39,583 bases of DNA, taken from the IMG/VR virus record IMGVR_UViG_3300005535_000012, positions 1 through 39,583 of that record. One strand, given 5' to 3'. Shown piece after piece: positions 26,670-33,277 of the stretch. Below the pieces are notes generated by a model that worked only from the letters and a program-made list of their open reading frames with translations, made no database searches and had not been told where the DNA came from. This DNA is from a virus. Numbering within the stretch: the stretch's first letter is position 1; every line of letters starts with the position of its first letter. Position numbers and translations under genes: made by a program.

Positions 26670-26697
26670 ATGCTAGGCCTTACGTAAAAATAATCAA
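26670..26697 (-). promoter_or_regulatory. Candidate late promoter
   Basis: - strand TTGATT - 16 nt - TAGCAT immediately upstream of the hairpin and late genes. Confidence 0.3.
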
Positions 26698-27005
26698 CGT
26701 TGGTTTAGCCTTGCATAGAGAAAGAGGTCATATTTGAGCTCTCGGAATGGCCCTAGCGGTTCTCGTCTCCCCGCACGGAAATCCTGATACCCCGGAATCA
26801 GTTCATAACGAGCTTCGTTTTTGCGGGACTTCGGGTAATACTTGAAGGCCTTCTCCGAGACTCCGATGCGGAGCATTTCCTCAACTTTGCCTGAGGGCTC
26901 GGCAAATGAAAGACTGAGTTCCTTTAGTGTGTAAGGACGGCTACCCTCCATGAGTAAACAGAGGGTAGCCAAGGAAAGGGGCAGCTTTACCTTTCTGGGG
27001 CGCAT
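26694..27005 (-). CDS. Hypothetical (wHTH-like) protein, 103 aa
   Basis: LPLSLATLCLLMEGSRPYTLKELSLSF.. Confidence 0.55.
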   Translation of the reverse strand: MRPRKVKLPLSLATLCLLMEGSRPYTLKELSLSFAEPSGKVEEMLRIGVSEKAFKYYPKSRKNEARYELIPGYQDFRAGRREPLGPFRELKYDLFLYARLNQR

Positions 27006-27181
27006 GCTTCCTCCTTATCCAGACAGTCACGGAACCATTGGAATCCGCAGCGCGAGCATGTCAAAAGAAGCTCCTCATAAGCGCGCTGGGCACGCCGGTC
27101 AGTTTTTGCCGAAGGCTTGTACTCCACCGTCTTCCCCGGATACCCGCACTTCGAGCAGTTCTCGTGTTGGTCGTATTTCAT
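26987..27181 (-). CDS. Zinc-ribbon-like small protein, 64 aa
   Basis: CSKCGYPG...CSRCGFQWFRDC. Confidence 0.65.
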   Translation of the reverse strand: MKYDQHENCSKCGYPGKTVEYKPSAKTDRRAQRAYEELLLTCSRCGFQWFRDCLDKEEACAPER

Positions 27182-27507
27182 ACCACTTCCTTGTTGCGGT
27201 ATGCCTTTTCGACAGCACTAACAACACGACCGACTTCCGAAGCAGAAACCCAGCCGCCGTATAGGTCTTGACCGACGATTTTAGAAATTTGGCGCATCCC
27301 AATCTCGCAATGATTGCTGGAGGATGCATGTCGAGCGACGAGCTTGGCGATATAGATTGCGGCCCCCAAAAATCCTGCGCCGAAGAGGCCTAGTAGCAAT
27401 TTAGGCAACGCGCCTTCGATGATGAGCCACCATATGAAACCCTCTTTCGCTCCATCTGCTAGACCAGCGAGTGCCTGAATGATGAGTTTTATTTCGTCTA
27501 TTCCCAT
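27178..27507 (-). CDS. Membrane-associated small protein, 109 aa
   Basis: EGALPKLLLGLFGAGFLGAAIYIAKLV. Confidence 0.6.
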   Translation of the reverse strand: MGIDEIKLIIQALAGLADGAKEGFIWWLIIEGALPKLLLGLFGAGFLGAAIYIAKLVARHASSSNHCEIGMRQISKIVGQDLYGGWVSASEVGRVVSAVEKAYRNKEVV

Positions 27508-27651
27508 TTACGCCTCCTTATGTTTTCCGAAAATTCCCCACGGCCCAGCCGCCCGATTCAGCGCTTGAACTTCATCCCATATTTTCTCGAGCCTAGACGC
27601 ATCTCGAGTCATGTCTCCGCCATAAACGCCACACCCACTTACCTTCTTCAT
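27508..27651 (-). CDS. Small protein, 47 aa (MKKVSGCGVYGGDMTRDASRLEKIWDEVQALNRAAGPWGIFGKHKEA)
   Basis: GGAGGCAGT-ATG; fills the gap between two ORFs; below track cutoff. Confidence 0.6.
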   Translation of the reverse strand: MKKVSGCGVYGGDMTRDASRLEKIWDEVQALNRAAGPWGIFGKHKEA

Positions 27652-28229
27652 ACTGCCTCCATTTCATCTTGCAGGTGGATGGTCATGTCTTGAGAATAAA
27701 CTCGGCCTGGCGTCGCTTCTTTAGGCTTGACGAAACCAGCGGCCGTAAGGAAGGGATTGACGTTTCCGGCCTTTAATTTCCGACGTTCCCGGTCGCGCCG
27801 ATTGGTTTCAGCCTTCGACAGAGGGGCCGGCTGAGGGGCATCTTCACCTGGGCCGAGCATCCACTTTGGCGATTGAGTGCCGCGGGCGTACACCCGCGCA
27901 TATCCGGAAACATGCCATTTCGTCCCACGCCCTTCGTACATCGTGACTCGGATTCGGTGGTAGGACGCTCCGGTTGCCTGAGCCATTTCAAGCACGGTCA
28001 AAGGGGCACCAGCCGACAGCAGGCGGATGATTGCCTCTTCCACCCACCGATAGTGCGACCGGCCACGACCTCCACGCTTCGGAAGGCCGAGCGATTGAAA
28101 GCGTCCCATGATCGAGAAATGGCTTCGGCCCGGCAGCAAATGGGCTGATTCCTTGGCAGTCTTATCGCTGGCGTGGATTTGCCTTACGATCTCGTCTTCT
28201 TCCGGCTTCCATTTCGGCGCGCCCATCAT
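27648..28229 (-). CDS. HTH-containing putative regulator, 193 aa
   Basis: WKPEEDEIVRQIHASDKTAKESAHLLPGRSHFSIMGRFQSLGLPKR is a Myb/SANT-like HTH; downstream of NinG. Confidence 0.6.
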   Translation of the reverse strand: MMGAPKWKPEEDEIVRQIHASDKTAKESAHLLPGRSHFSIMGRFQSLGLPKRGGRGRSHYRWVEEAIIRLLSAGAPLTVLEMAQATGASYHRIRVTMYEGRGTKWHVSGYARVYARGTQSPKWMLGPGEDAPQPAPLSKAETNRRDRERRKLKAGNVNPFLTAAGFVKPKEATPGRVYSQDMTIHLQDEMEAV

Positions 28230-28450
28230 GCAATCTCCCGACGGTCCGTCAAGCCAGCGAGATAGTCCAGACTGACGCCAAAGAAACGAGCGGTTTCCAG
28301 AAGCGTCCAGTAGCCCGGAACACGGAGATCTCGCTCAAGCATGGATACGTATTCGGACGACAGCCGGCATTCAGCAGCGAAGGCCGATTGGCTGAGATGT
28401 CGCTCTTTGCGCAACTCACGCAGACGATCACAAAACATGGGCTCTTTCAT
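28226..28450 (-). CDS. XRE-family HTH regulator, 74 aa
   Basis: LRELRKERHLSQSAFAAECRLSSEYVSMLERDLRVPGYWTLLETARFFGVSLDYL. Confidence 0.85.
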   Translation of the reverse strand: MKEPMFCDRLRELRKERHLSQSAFAAECRLSSEYVSMLERDLRVPGYWTLLETARFFGVSLDYLAGLTDRREIA

Positions 28451-28482
28451 CTCATGACTCCCTTTTCATCAGCCGAACCGAA

Positions 28483-28914
28483 TCAGAATCCTTCGCCGTC
28501 ATGAAGCTTTTGCTTCAGCAAATACCCCTCTAACGGCCAGATCTTCGCTACGGCGTTCTGTCGCGCGATCTTGCGGCCGATTTCAGCATCAAAGTTTTCG
28601 GGCGAAGCGCATGCGCTCTCACCGGTCACCGTGAAGCCATTGCGCAGGATTAGCACGCAGAAGGTGAGCAGATCGAGCGACACTGGAATGTCCTCCGCAA
28701 TGCTAACGGCTACCCTGTCGCCCGGCTTCTTCCCAGCTGCGTCGCCGATCGCCAATACGCCGACCACGCCATCCGAAGCCGTAAAGTAATGCTCGCTCGC
28801 GATTGCATTCTCGATGTCTGCCGGCGTAATGCGCGGAGCCGTCTTTCCCTTGCGAAGGATCATGTCTTCGAGTTGCTCGTCGTCGCTGCGATTCGTGTTG
28901 ACTGCCATGTTCAT
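28483..28914 (-). CDS. Phage Gp49-like protein, 143 aa
   Basis: RITPADIENAIASEHYFTA...LLTFCVLILRNGFTVTGESACASPENFDAEIGRKIA. Confidence 0.75.
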   Translation of the reverse strand: MNMAVNTNRSDDEQLEDMILRKGKTAPRITPADIENAIASEHYFTASDGVVGVLAIGDAAGKKPGDRVAVSIAEDIPVSLDLLTFCVLILRNGFTVTGESACASPENFDAEIGRKIARQNAVAKIWPLEGYLLKQKLHDGEGF

Positions 28915-28915
28915 C

Positions 28916-29458
28916 TCACTGCTCCTTTTTGAGTCGCCGAACCTCGGCGCGGTAGTAAGTTTTCATCTGCTCGATCTGCGTGAGCGTGAGCTTCAGGGGC
29001 TCATGCTTGCCTTCGAGCCATTCGACCTTTTCGAGCCCGATTTTCTCGATCAGATTGATGCGGTATGCGGTCAGGTTTCCTGACAGGTACAGGTTGCAAG
29101 GTGCGCACTGGAGATGGACGTTCAGCGGCTCGAACCGCAGTTCCGGCGCCGATCCAACCGACCGGTAGTGCCCTGCATGCCACCGTCCCTTGTGCATCCG
29201 GCCGCAGGAAATGCAGGGATGGCCGGCGTCACGCAGCCTCACCCAGGCGTTGAACGCGTCTTGCAGATCGGCCAGATGCTCGCCGCGGCTCTTTGCCTTC
29301 TGCCGCGCCTCACGGACATCACGCGCGGCCTTCTTCGCAGCCAGCCGGCGCGTCCACTCGAGCGCACAAGGCACTGAACACGCTTTCGACATGCTCGAAA
29401 TTGGCGTGAAATCGCGGGCGCAGACCTTGCAGCGCTTGGGCTTAAGCGTGCGGATCAC
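28916..29458 (-). CDS. ninG: NinG/Rap-like recombination protein
   Basis: RTLKPKRCKVCARDFTP..., DAFNAWVRLRDAGHPCISCGR...WHAGHYRSVGSAPELRFEPLNVHLQCAPCN; GTG at 29458 with GGAGG upstream. Confidence 0.9.
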   Translation of the reverse strand: MIRTLKPKRCKVCARDFTPISSMSKACSVPCALEWTRRLAAKKAARDVREARQKAKSRGEHLADLQDAFNAWVRLRDAGHPCISCGRMHKGRWHAGHYRSVGSAPELRFEPLNVHLQCAPCNLYLSGNLTAYRINLIEKIGLEKVEWLEGKHEPLKLTLTQIEQMKTYYRAEVRRLKKEQ

Positions 29459-29607
29459 TTGTCCACCTCCGTGAAGTGCTTCGGCGCACGCGTCGGTCCC
29501 ACGACGGGTGCCTTGCGCTCCTTCTGCGGCACGCTCAGGATTTTCTTGATCTGCTCCAACTGCTCTGCTGCCGTCTTCGTCGGCTGCCGGCGCTTGTTCT
29601 GGCTCAT
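29455..29607 (-). CDS. Small protein, 50 aa (MSQNKRRQPTKTAAEQLEQIKKILSVPQKERKAPVVGPTRAPKHFTEVDK)
   Basis: GGAGG-6nt-ATG at 29607, stop overlaps ninG GTG; below track cutoff. Confidence 0.65.
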   Translation of the reverse strand: MSQNKRRQPTKTAAEQLEQIKKILSVPQKERKAPVVGPTRAPKHFTEVDK

Positions 29608-30509
29608 GCCGCCTCCGATGCGTTGATGGCCTCGATGATGCGAGCCTTGAACTGGGCTTCCGTCTCTCCCGGGCGAGCATCCGATATCCCAAGTTCACGC
29701 GCCTTCGCGCTCATCGCCTGAGGCGTCAGAGTCCACGATGTCACGGCCTTCGGCCTCTGCTGCGCCCCGCGCACGTCGACAGACGCTGCATCCGCCTTCC
29801 AACCATTCAGCTTTTTCACGATGTACGCAACGGACATGGATTCATTCGGCTTCGCCTTCCGCGCTTCAGCACAACATGCCTCCAGGGTGTCGATATCGAT
29901 CTGTTGCTCAGCAAGGGCGATCACGCTCGGGTGGAACGGCGTTGCATCGATCGAGTGCTTCCGCAGCACCATCGAAACTCGCGCGCTCGCGCTAGGTGTA
30001 TGTGTAGGTTCTTCTCTTCTCTTCTCTTCTCTGTGCGTTACAGTAACGTTATCAGTAACGTTATTTTCGGCCTTGTTTTTCTCCCTGAATCGGGCTTGCC
30101 GTTCCGCGTTTTTCTTCTTGGCAGTGTCCTCAGGATCGACGTTTTGATCCTCGAAGAACCTAGGCAGCACAAGGCCTTCGTCGGTTTCAATCGCCCACCC
30201 CACCGCTACCATTGCAGCCCCGAAACCAGGCAAATCAGCGATGTCATCCAACACTGCGGAGGTGACGCCGCGGTAGATGAGGTCGTCGTTTTCGCGCTTC
30301 CCTCGCAACCGCATAACACCCCACACCGCTACAAGAGCACCTACCGTAACGTTACGCATAACGTTACGCGTAACGGTCATTTGTCGTTGGCAGTGCTGAT
30401 CTACGAACATCGAAAGATCGCTATCAGGTGCCATCAGCAGATCGGCCATTACGCTCACCTTGGGATCTCGATAGAGATCGGTGCGCATCTTGATCCAGTC
30501 ACCGGCCAT
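29604..30509 (-). CDS. Phage replication initiation (O-like) protein, 301 aa
   Basis: N-terminal DWIKMRTDLYRDPKV wHTH pattern of phage replication proteins; upstream of NinG. Confidence 0.75.
   Translation of the reverse strand: MAGDWIKMRTDLYRDPKVSVMADLLMAPDSDLSMFVDQHCQRQMTVTRNVMRNVTVGALVAVWGVMRLRGKRENDDLIYRGVTSAVLDDIADLPGFGAAMVAVGWAIETDEGLVLPRFFEDQNVDPEDTAKKKNAERQARFREKNKAENNVTDNVTVTHREEKRREEPTHTPSASARVSMVLRKHSIDATPFHPSVIALAEQQIDIDTLEACCAEARKAKPNESMSVAYIVKKLNGWKADAASVDVRGAQQRPKAVTSWTLTPQAMSAKARELGISDARPGETEAQFKARIIEAINASEAA
30041..30064. repeat. Iteron-like cluster A: 2 x cagtaacgttat
   Basis: Exact 12-bp tandem pair inside the O-like gene. Confidence 0.8.
30345..30380. repeat. Iteron-like cluster B: cgtaacgttacg / cataacgttacg / cgtaacggtcat
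   Basis: Three 12-bp periods with TAACGTTA core inside the O-like gene. Confidence 0.75.
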
Positions 30510-30599
30510 TTAGAACTCGCCCGATCCAATCAAATACGGCAGGCCAACAAACAGCATGCCGAAGAAGCCGCAGAGGAAGCCGTCAGTGAGCCAGTTCAT
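30510..30599 (-). CDS. Hydrophobic micropeptide, 29 aa (MNWLTDGFLCGFFGMLFVGLPYLIGSGEF)
   Basis: Stop codon abuts the O-like ATG; overlaps the stop of the next upstream micro-ORF. Confidence 0.45.
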   Translation of the reverse strand: MNWLTDGFLCGFFGMLFVGLPYLIGSGEF

Positions 30600-30688
30600 G
30601 CGTGGCCTCGAGTCAGCCATCCAAGCAACCCGAGCAGCCCGATAAACAAGGCTCCCCATGCGATACATGCTCCGAGAAGGGGTGTCAT
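30596..30688 (-). CDS. Hydrophobic micropeptide, 30 aa (MTPLLGACIAWGALFIGLLGLLGWLTRGHA)
   Basis: GAGGTGA RBS; ATG overlaps upstream TGA; single TM pattern. Confidence 0.55.
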   Translation of the reverse strand: MTPLLGACIAWGALFIGLLGLLGWLTRGHA

Positions 30689-30945
30689 GCCGTCACCTCA
30701 TCTTTGATGTCGTCGGTGATGGGGAGGCCGGTGATCGGGCGTAGATCGGCATCCGAGGCATTTCCTTCACTGCTCATTTCGCCGTCAGCCGTACGTGCTG
30801 GATGAGCGGCTCGTACATTCCATATGGGCTTCCCTGAAAAATCTGTAACCGCTTGGTTGAAGTTCAGGATCTCGAAAATCCGGCCGATGTTTTCGGGAAT
30901 CCCCGAACTCACCATGATCGCCAAGTCTCCAGGTTTGCAGTTCAT
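30685..30945 (-). CDS. Hypothetical protein, 86 aa (MNCKPGDLAIMVSSGIPENIGRIFEIL...)
   Basis: Recurrent phage small protein style; ATGA overlaps. Confidence 0.7.
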   Translation of the reverse strand: MNCKPGDLAIMVSSGIPENIGRIFEILNFNQAVTDFSGKPIWNVRAAHPARTADGEMSSEGNASDADLRPITGLPITDDIKDEVTA

Positions 30946-31043
30946 GCCGCTGCCTCCAATGCCGCCACCGCCATGAACAAAGCGCCAGAACAGACGCCGA
31001 CCAAGAATCCACCAAAAACGAGCGTCGCAGTCAAAAGAGTCAT
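30942..31043 (-). CDS. Hydrophobic micropeptide, 33 aa (MTLLTATLVFGGFLVGVCSGALFMAVAALEAAA)
   Basis: GGATAACC before ATG; stop overlaps next start. Confidence 0.5.
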   Translation of the reverse strand: MTLLTATLVFGGFLVGVCSGALFMAVAALEAAA

Positions 31044-31077
31044 GGTTATCCCCATCGTTAGGACGTCACATAGTCCT

Positions 31078-31097
31078 TGTTCGTAACCGATTGCTAA
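31078..31097. promoter_or_regulatory. Operator-like element 1 (tgttcgtaaccgattgctaa)
   Basis: 17/20 match to 31707-31726. Confidence 0.5.
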
Positions 31098-31103
31098 CGT
31101 ATG

Positions 31104-31322
31104 CTAGATAACACCTGATGCGAAAAGCTCCATCAGGCGCTTCAGGCGAAGGTATGAGGGGTTCTTGAGTTGGCCCCGGCCGAGCTTGTGGATCCAGGCA
31201 TAGCTGTATCCCGTCACCTTGGCGATTTCCCGATGTTTGCCGCGCCGCTTGACTAGCATCCGCTGGCATTCGTCGATCAGGGACGGCGTTTCAGGGGTGA
31301 TTGGCATTCTCGCTTCCTCCAT
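31104..31322 (-). CDS. Cro-like HTH protein, 72 aa
   Basis: IDECQRMLVKRRGKHREIAKVTGYSYAWIHKLGRGQLKNPSYLRLKRLMEL; divergent from the repressor-like ORF. Confidence 0.7.
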   Translation of the reverse strand: MEEARMPITPETPSLIDECQRMLVKRRGKHREIAKVTGYSYAWIHKLGRGQLKNPSYLRLKRLMELFASGVI

Positions 31323-31328
31323 TTCATA

Positions 31329-31357
31329 TCTACAATCTAGCAGTAATCGGTTAGCAA
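31329..31357 (-). promoter_or_regulatory. Candidate leftward early promoter
   Basis: - strand TTGCTA - 17 nt - TGTAGA, overlapping operator-like taaccgatt...gctagat. Confidence 0.45.
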
Positions 31358-31392
31358 CACAAGTTGAATTTGTTTCAGAGGAGAAACATACT

Positions 31393-31689
31393 GTGGAAGC
31401 GATAAAACTGCGTCAGATCATAACGGCCAACGTACATGAAGCCATGGCGAGGATGGATATAGCCTCTATCACCGAGCTGTCGCGGCTCGCGAATATCCCT
31501 CAGACGACGTTGAACGCGTACCTGTCGCCTAACAAGGAGGGCCTTCCGAGCGTACGGCATCTGCTCCAGATCGCTGCCTTCTTCGACCTCGAGCCATGGG
31601 AACTGCTTTGTCCGGTGGGGGAAGCGGAGCGCGCGGTGATAAAAAGCATGGAGGCCTGGATGCGATCAAAAGGAGATCGAGAGGGATAG
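31393..31689 (+). CDS. Repressor-like HTH protein, 98 aa
   Basis: SITELSRLANIPQTTLNAYLSPNKEGLPSVRHLLQIAAFFDLEPWELL; GTG start after GAGGAG. Confidence 0.7.
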   Translation: MEAIKLRQIITANVHEAMARMDIASITELSRLANIPQTTLNAYLSPNKEGLPSVRHLLQIAAFFDLEPWELLCPVGEAERAVIKSMEAWMRSKGDREG

Positions 31690-31700
31690 CAAAAAACCGC

Positions 31701-31729
31701 TTGCTATGTTCGTAACGGGTTGCTATAGT
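31701..31729 (+). promoter_or_regulatory. Rightward early promoter with overlapping operator-like repeats
   Basis: TTGCTA - 17 nt - TATAGT; TTGCTAT half-sites at 31701 and 31720 and inverted ATAGCAA at 31686. Confidence 0.8.
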
Positions 31730-31779
31730 TGAGTCATGGAAGCACAACGTCACGACAGACGAACAACCGAGGAGCCGAC

Positions 31780-31992
31780 ATGAAATACGCCGCCGCACTA
31801 CTTCTGATCGCCCTTGTGGCGTGTACGTCCCAACCGACACCTTGGGTTGACCACGGTATCGGCGGTAACGGTGGTCATGTCTCTGCTGGTGCCCGCGGCG
31901 GTCGTAACGCTACGGCTGGCGGGATGGGCCATAGCGGTAACGGCGGTCGTGGATCGGTTGGCGCTGCTTCTGGCGGCATGGGCCGGAGGTAA
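31780..31992 (+). CDS. Small Gly-rich lipoprotein, 70 aa
   Basis: MKYAAALLLIALVACTSQPTPW with LVAC lipobox; GGAG RBS. Confidence 0.75.
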   Translation: MKYAAALLLIALVACTSQPTPWVDHGIGGNGGHVSAGARGGRNATAGGMGHSGNGGRGSVGAASGGMGRR

Positions 31993-31994
31993 TC

Positions 31995-32174
31995 ATGAAA
32001 GCCCTTGCCGGTAAGCGCTGGTTCTACTCATGCGGCCAACGCTCGATGAGCGTCTTCTATATGGGGCCGTGGCCGTCCAAGGATTGGCCGGCGTGGGCTC
32101 GCGCTGCGTACTACGAAGGACGGGAAGACGAGTATCAGGCACGCATGCATCGCGATGCAGCGCTGTCACGCTGA
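31995..32174 (+). CDS. Hypothetical protein, 59 aa (MKALAGKRWFYSCGQRSMSVFYMGPWPSKDW...)
   Basis: GGAGGTAATC-ATG; below track cutoff. Confidence 0.65.
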   Translation: MKALAGKRWFYSCGQRSMSVFYMGPWPSKDWPAWARAAYYEGREDEYQARMHRDAALSR

Positions 32175-32192
32175 AATGCTACTGGAGTATTC

Positions 32193-32480
32193 ATGGGCGC
32201 GATCGAAAACTTCCGCACTGGCTTCACGGTCGACCCGCGCGAGCTGGAACGCGAGGTCGCACGGAAGCTGGCTCGTCACGAGCTGTACGACGAGCTGGAT
32301 GCGGACAACAAGGCCGAGACGAAGCTATTCGAGCTTCTGGTCGAGGACGACACGGACGAGAACGCGAAGCGTATCGGGCGGCTTGTGTGGGGAGTTTTCG
32401 CACGGCTGGTGAAGCGCGAAATCGACACGATGAACGAGAAGATCGCGGAGCAGTCGGTGCGCGATCGGATGGAGGTGTGA
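32193..32480 (+). CDS. Hypothetical protein, 95 aa
   Basis: Operon ORF. Confidence 0.6.
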   Translation: MGAIENFRTGFTVDPRELEREVARKLARHELYDELDADNKAETKLFELLVEDDTDENAKRIGRLVWGVFARLVKREIDTMNEKIAEQSVRDRMEV

Positions 32481-32481
32481 G

Positions 32482-32706
32482 GTGAGCGAGATTAAAAACA
32501 GCGTTCCTGCGTTCCCGAGAACTGTCCAGCGCTGGAATGATTCGTTGGAGAACGTCGAGGGCATGACGCTCCGCGACTACTTCGCGGCGAAGGCGATGCA
32601 GGGGGCGTTCACAAGCCCGATCGCATCGAGCGCCGACGAAAAAGATTACATCGCGATGCACGCTTACAAGATGGCTGACGCCATGCTCCGCGCACGGGAG
32701 AACTGA
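32482..32706 (+). CDS. Hypothetical protein, 74 aa
   Basis: EGMTLRDYFAAKAMQG..DAMLRARE is a recurrent phage small protein pattern. Confidence 0.75.
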   Translation: MSEIKNSVPAFPRTVQRWNDSLENVEGMTLRDYFAAKAMQGAFTSPIASSADEKDYIAMHAYKMADAMLRAREN

Positions 32707-32707
32707 A

Positions 32708-32914
32708 ATGGACTGGTATCAGGATATTTCCGTAACCAACGGCGTGATGTACGCCGGTTCCCGGTGGATCGGTTCGTTTTCCTCGCACGAGGCAGCGCTG
32801 GAGATCATGAGCATCCGGCGCGAGCAACGGACGGTGTACAGCGCGCGTGAGACGCATTGCTGTACGGAGTCCGATCTCGAGCTTGCCGAAGCCATCAATT
32901 TTGACGAGAGGTAG
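32708..32914 (+). CDS. Hypothetical protein, 68 aa
   Basis: Operon ORF. Confidence 0.55.
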   Translation: MDWYQDISVTNGVMYAGSRWIGSFSSHEAALEIMSIRREQRTVYSARETHCCTESDLELAEAINFDER

Positions 32915-32917
32915 ATC

Positions 32918-33127
32918 ATGGATCGCGTCAAGGTTCTTTCGTACCACGAGGATTGGCAGGCGCATAGGTGCCTCTTTTCAGACGGCAAAGAAACGTATGT
33001 CGATCTTCTTGTGAGCGGCGATCTCCCCTACGAAAACCCCGACGATCTGATCGGAAAGGATTTTGAGTTTGACTGGAAAAGCACGTTCATTTTCATCGCC
33101 CATCGGGTATCGGAAGTAAAGGACTGA
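32918..33127 (+). CDS. Hypothetical protein, 69 aa
   Basis: Operon ORF. Confidence 0.6.
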   Translation: MDRVKVLSYHEDWQAHRCLFSDGKETYVDLLVSGDLPYENPDDLIGKDFEFDWKSTFIFIAHRVSEVKD

Positions 33128-33130
33128 ATC

Positions 33131-33277
33131 ATGAACTTCCATCGCCTACACACCGTACTCGTGCTTTTGTCCGGTGGCTATCTTGAAGTCGCCTGCGCAG
33201 ACATGGAACTGCCGGAAATGCAGCGGCATTGGCAGATTCGGCGGACCGTGGATTACGGGCAAGTTTGCTGGTGCTGA
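33131..33277 (+). CDS. Small protein, 48 aa (MNFHRLHTVLVLLSGGYLEVACADMELPEMQRHWQIRRTVDYGQVCWC)
   Basis: Fills the gap before the RNA-like intergenic element; weak RBS. Confidence 0.35.
   Translation: MNFHRLHTVLVLLSGGYLEVACADMELPEMQRHWQIRRTVDYGQVCWC

Noticed and set aside
29904-30707. 267-aa plus-strand ORF
   Set aside because: Antisense to the O-like gene; no domain features.
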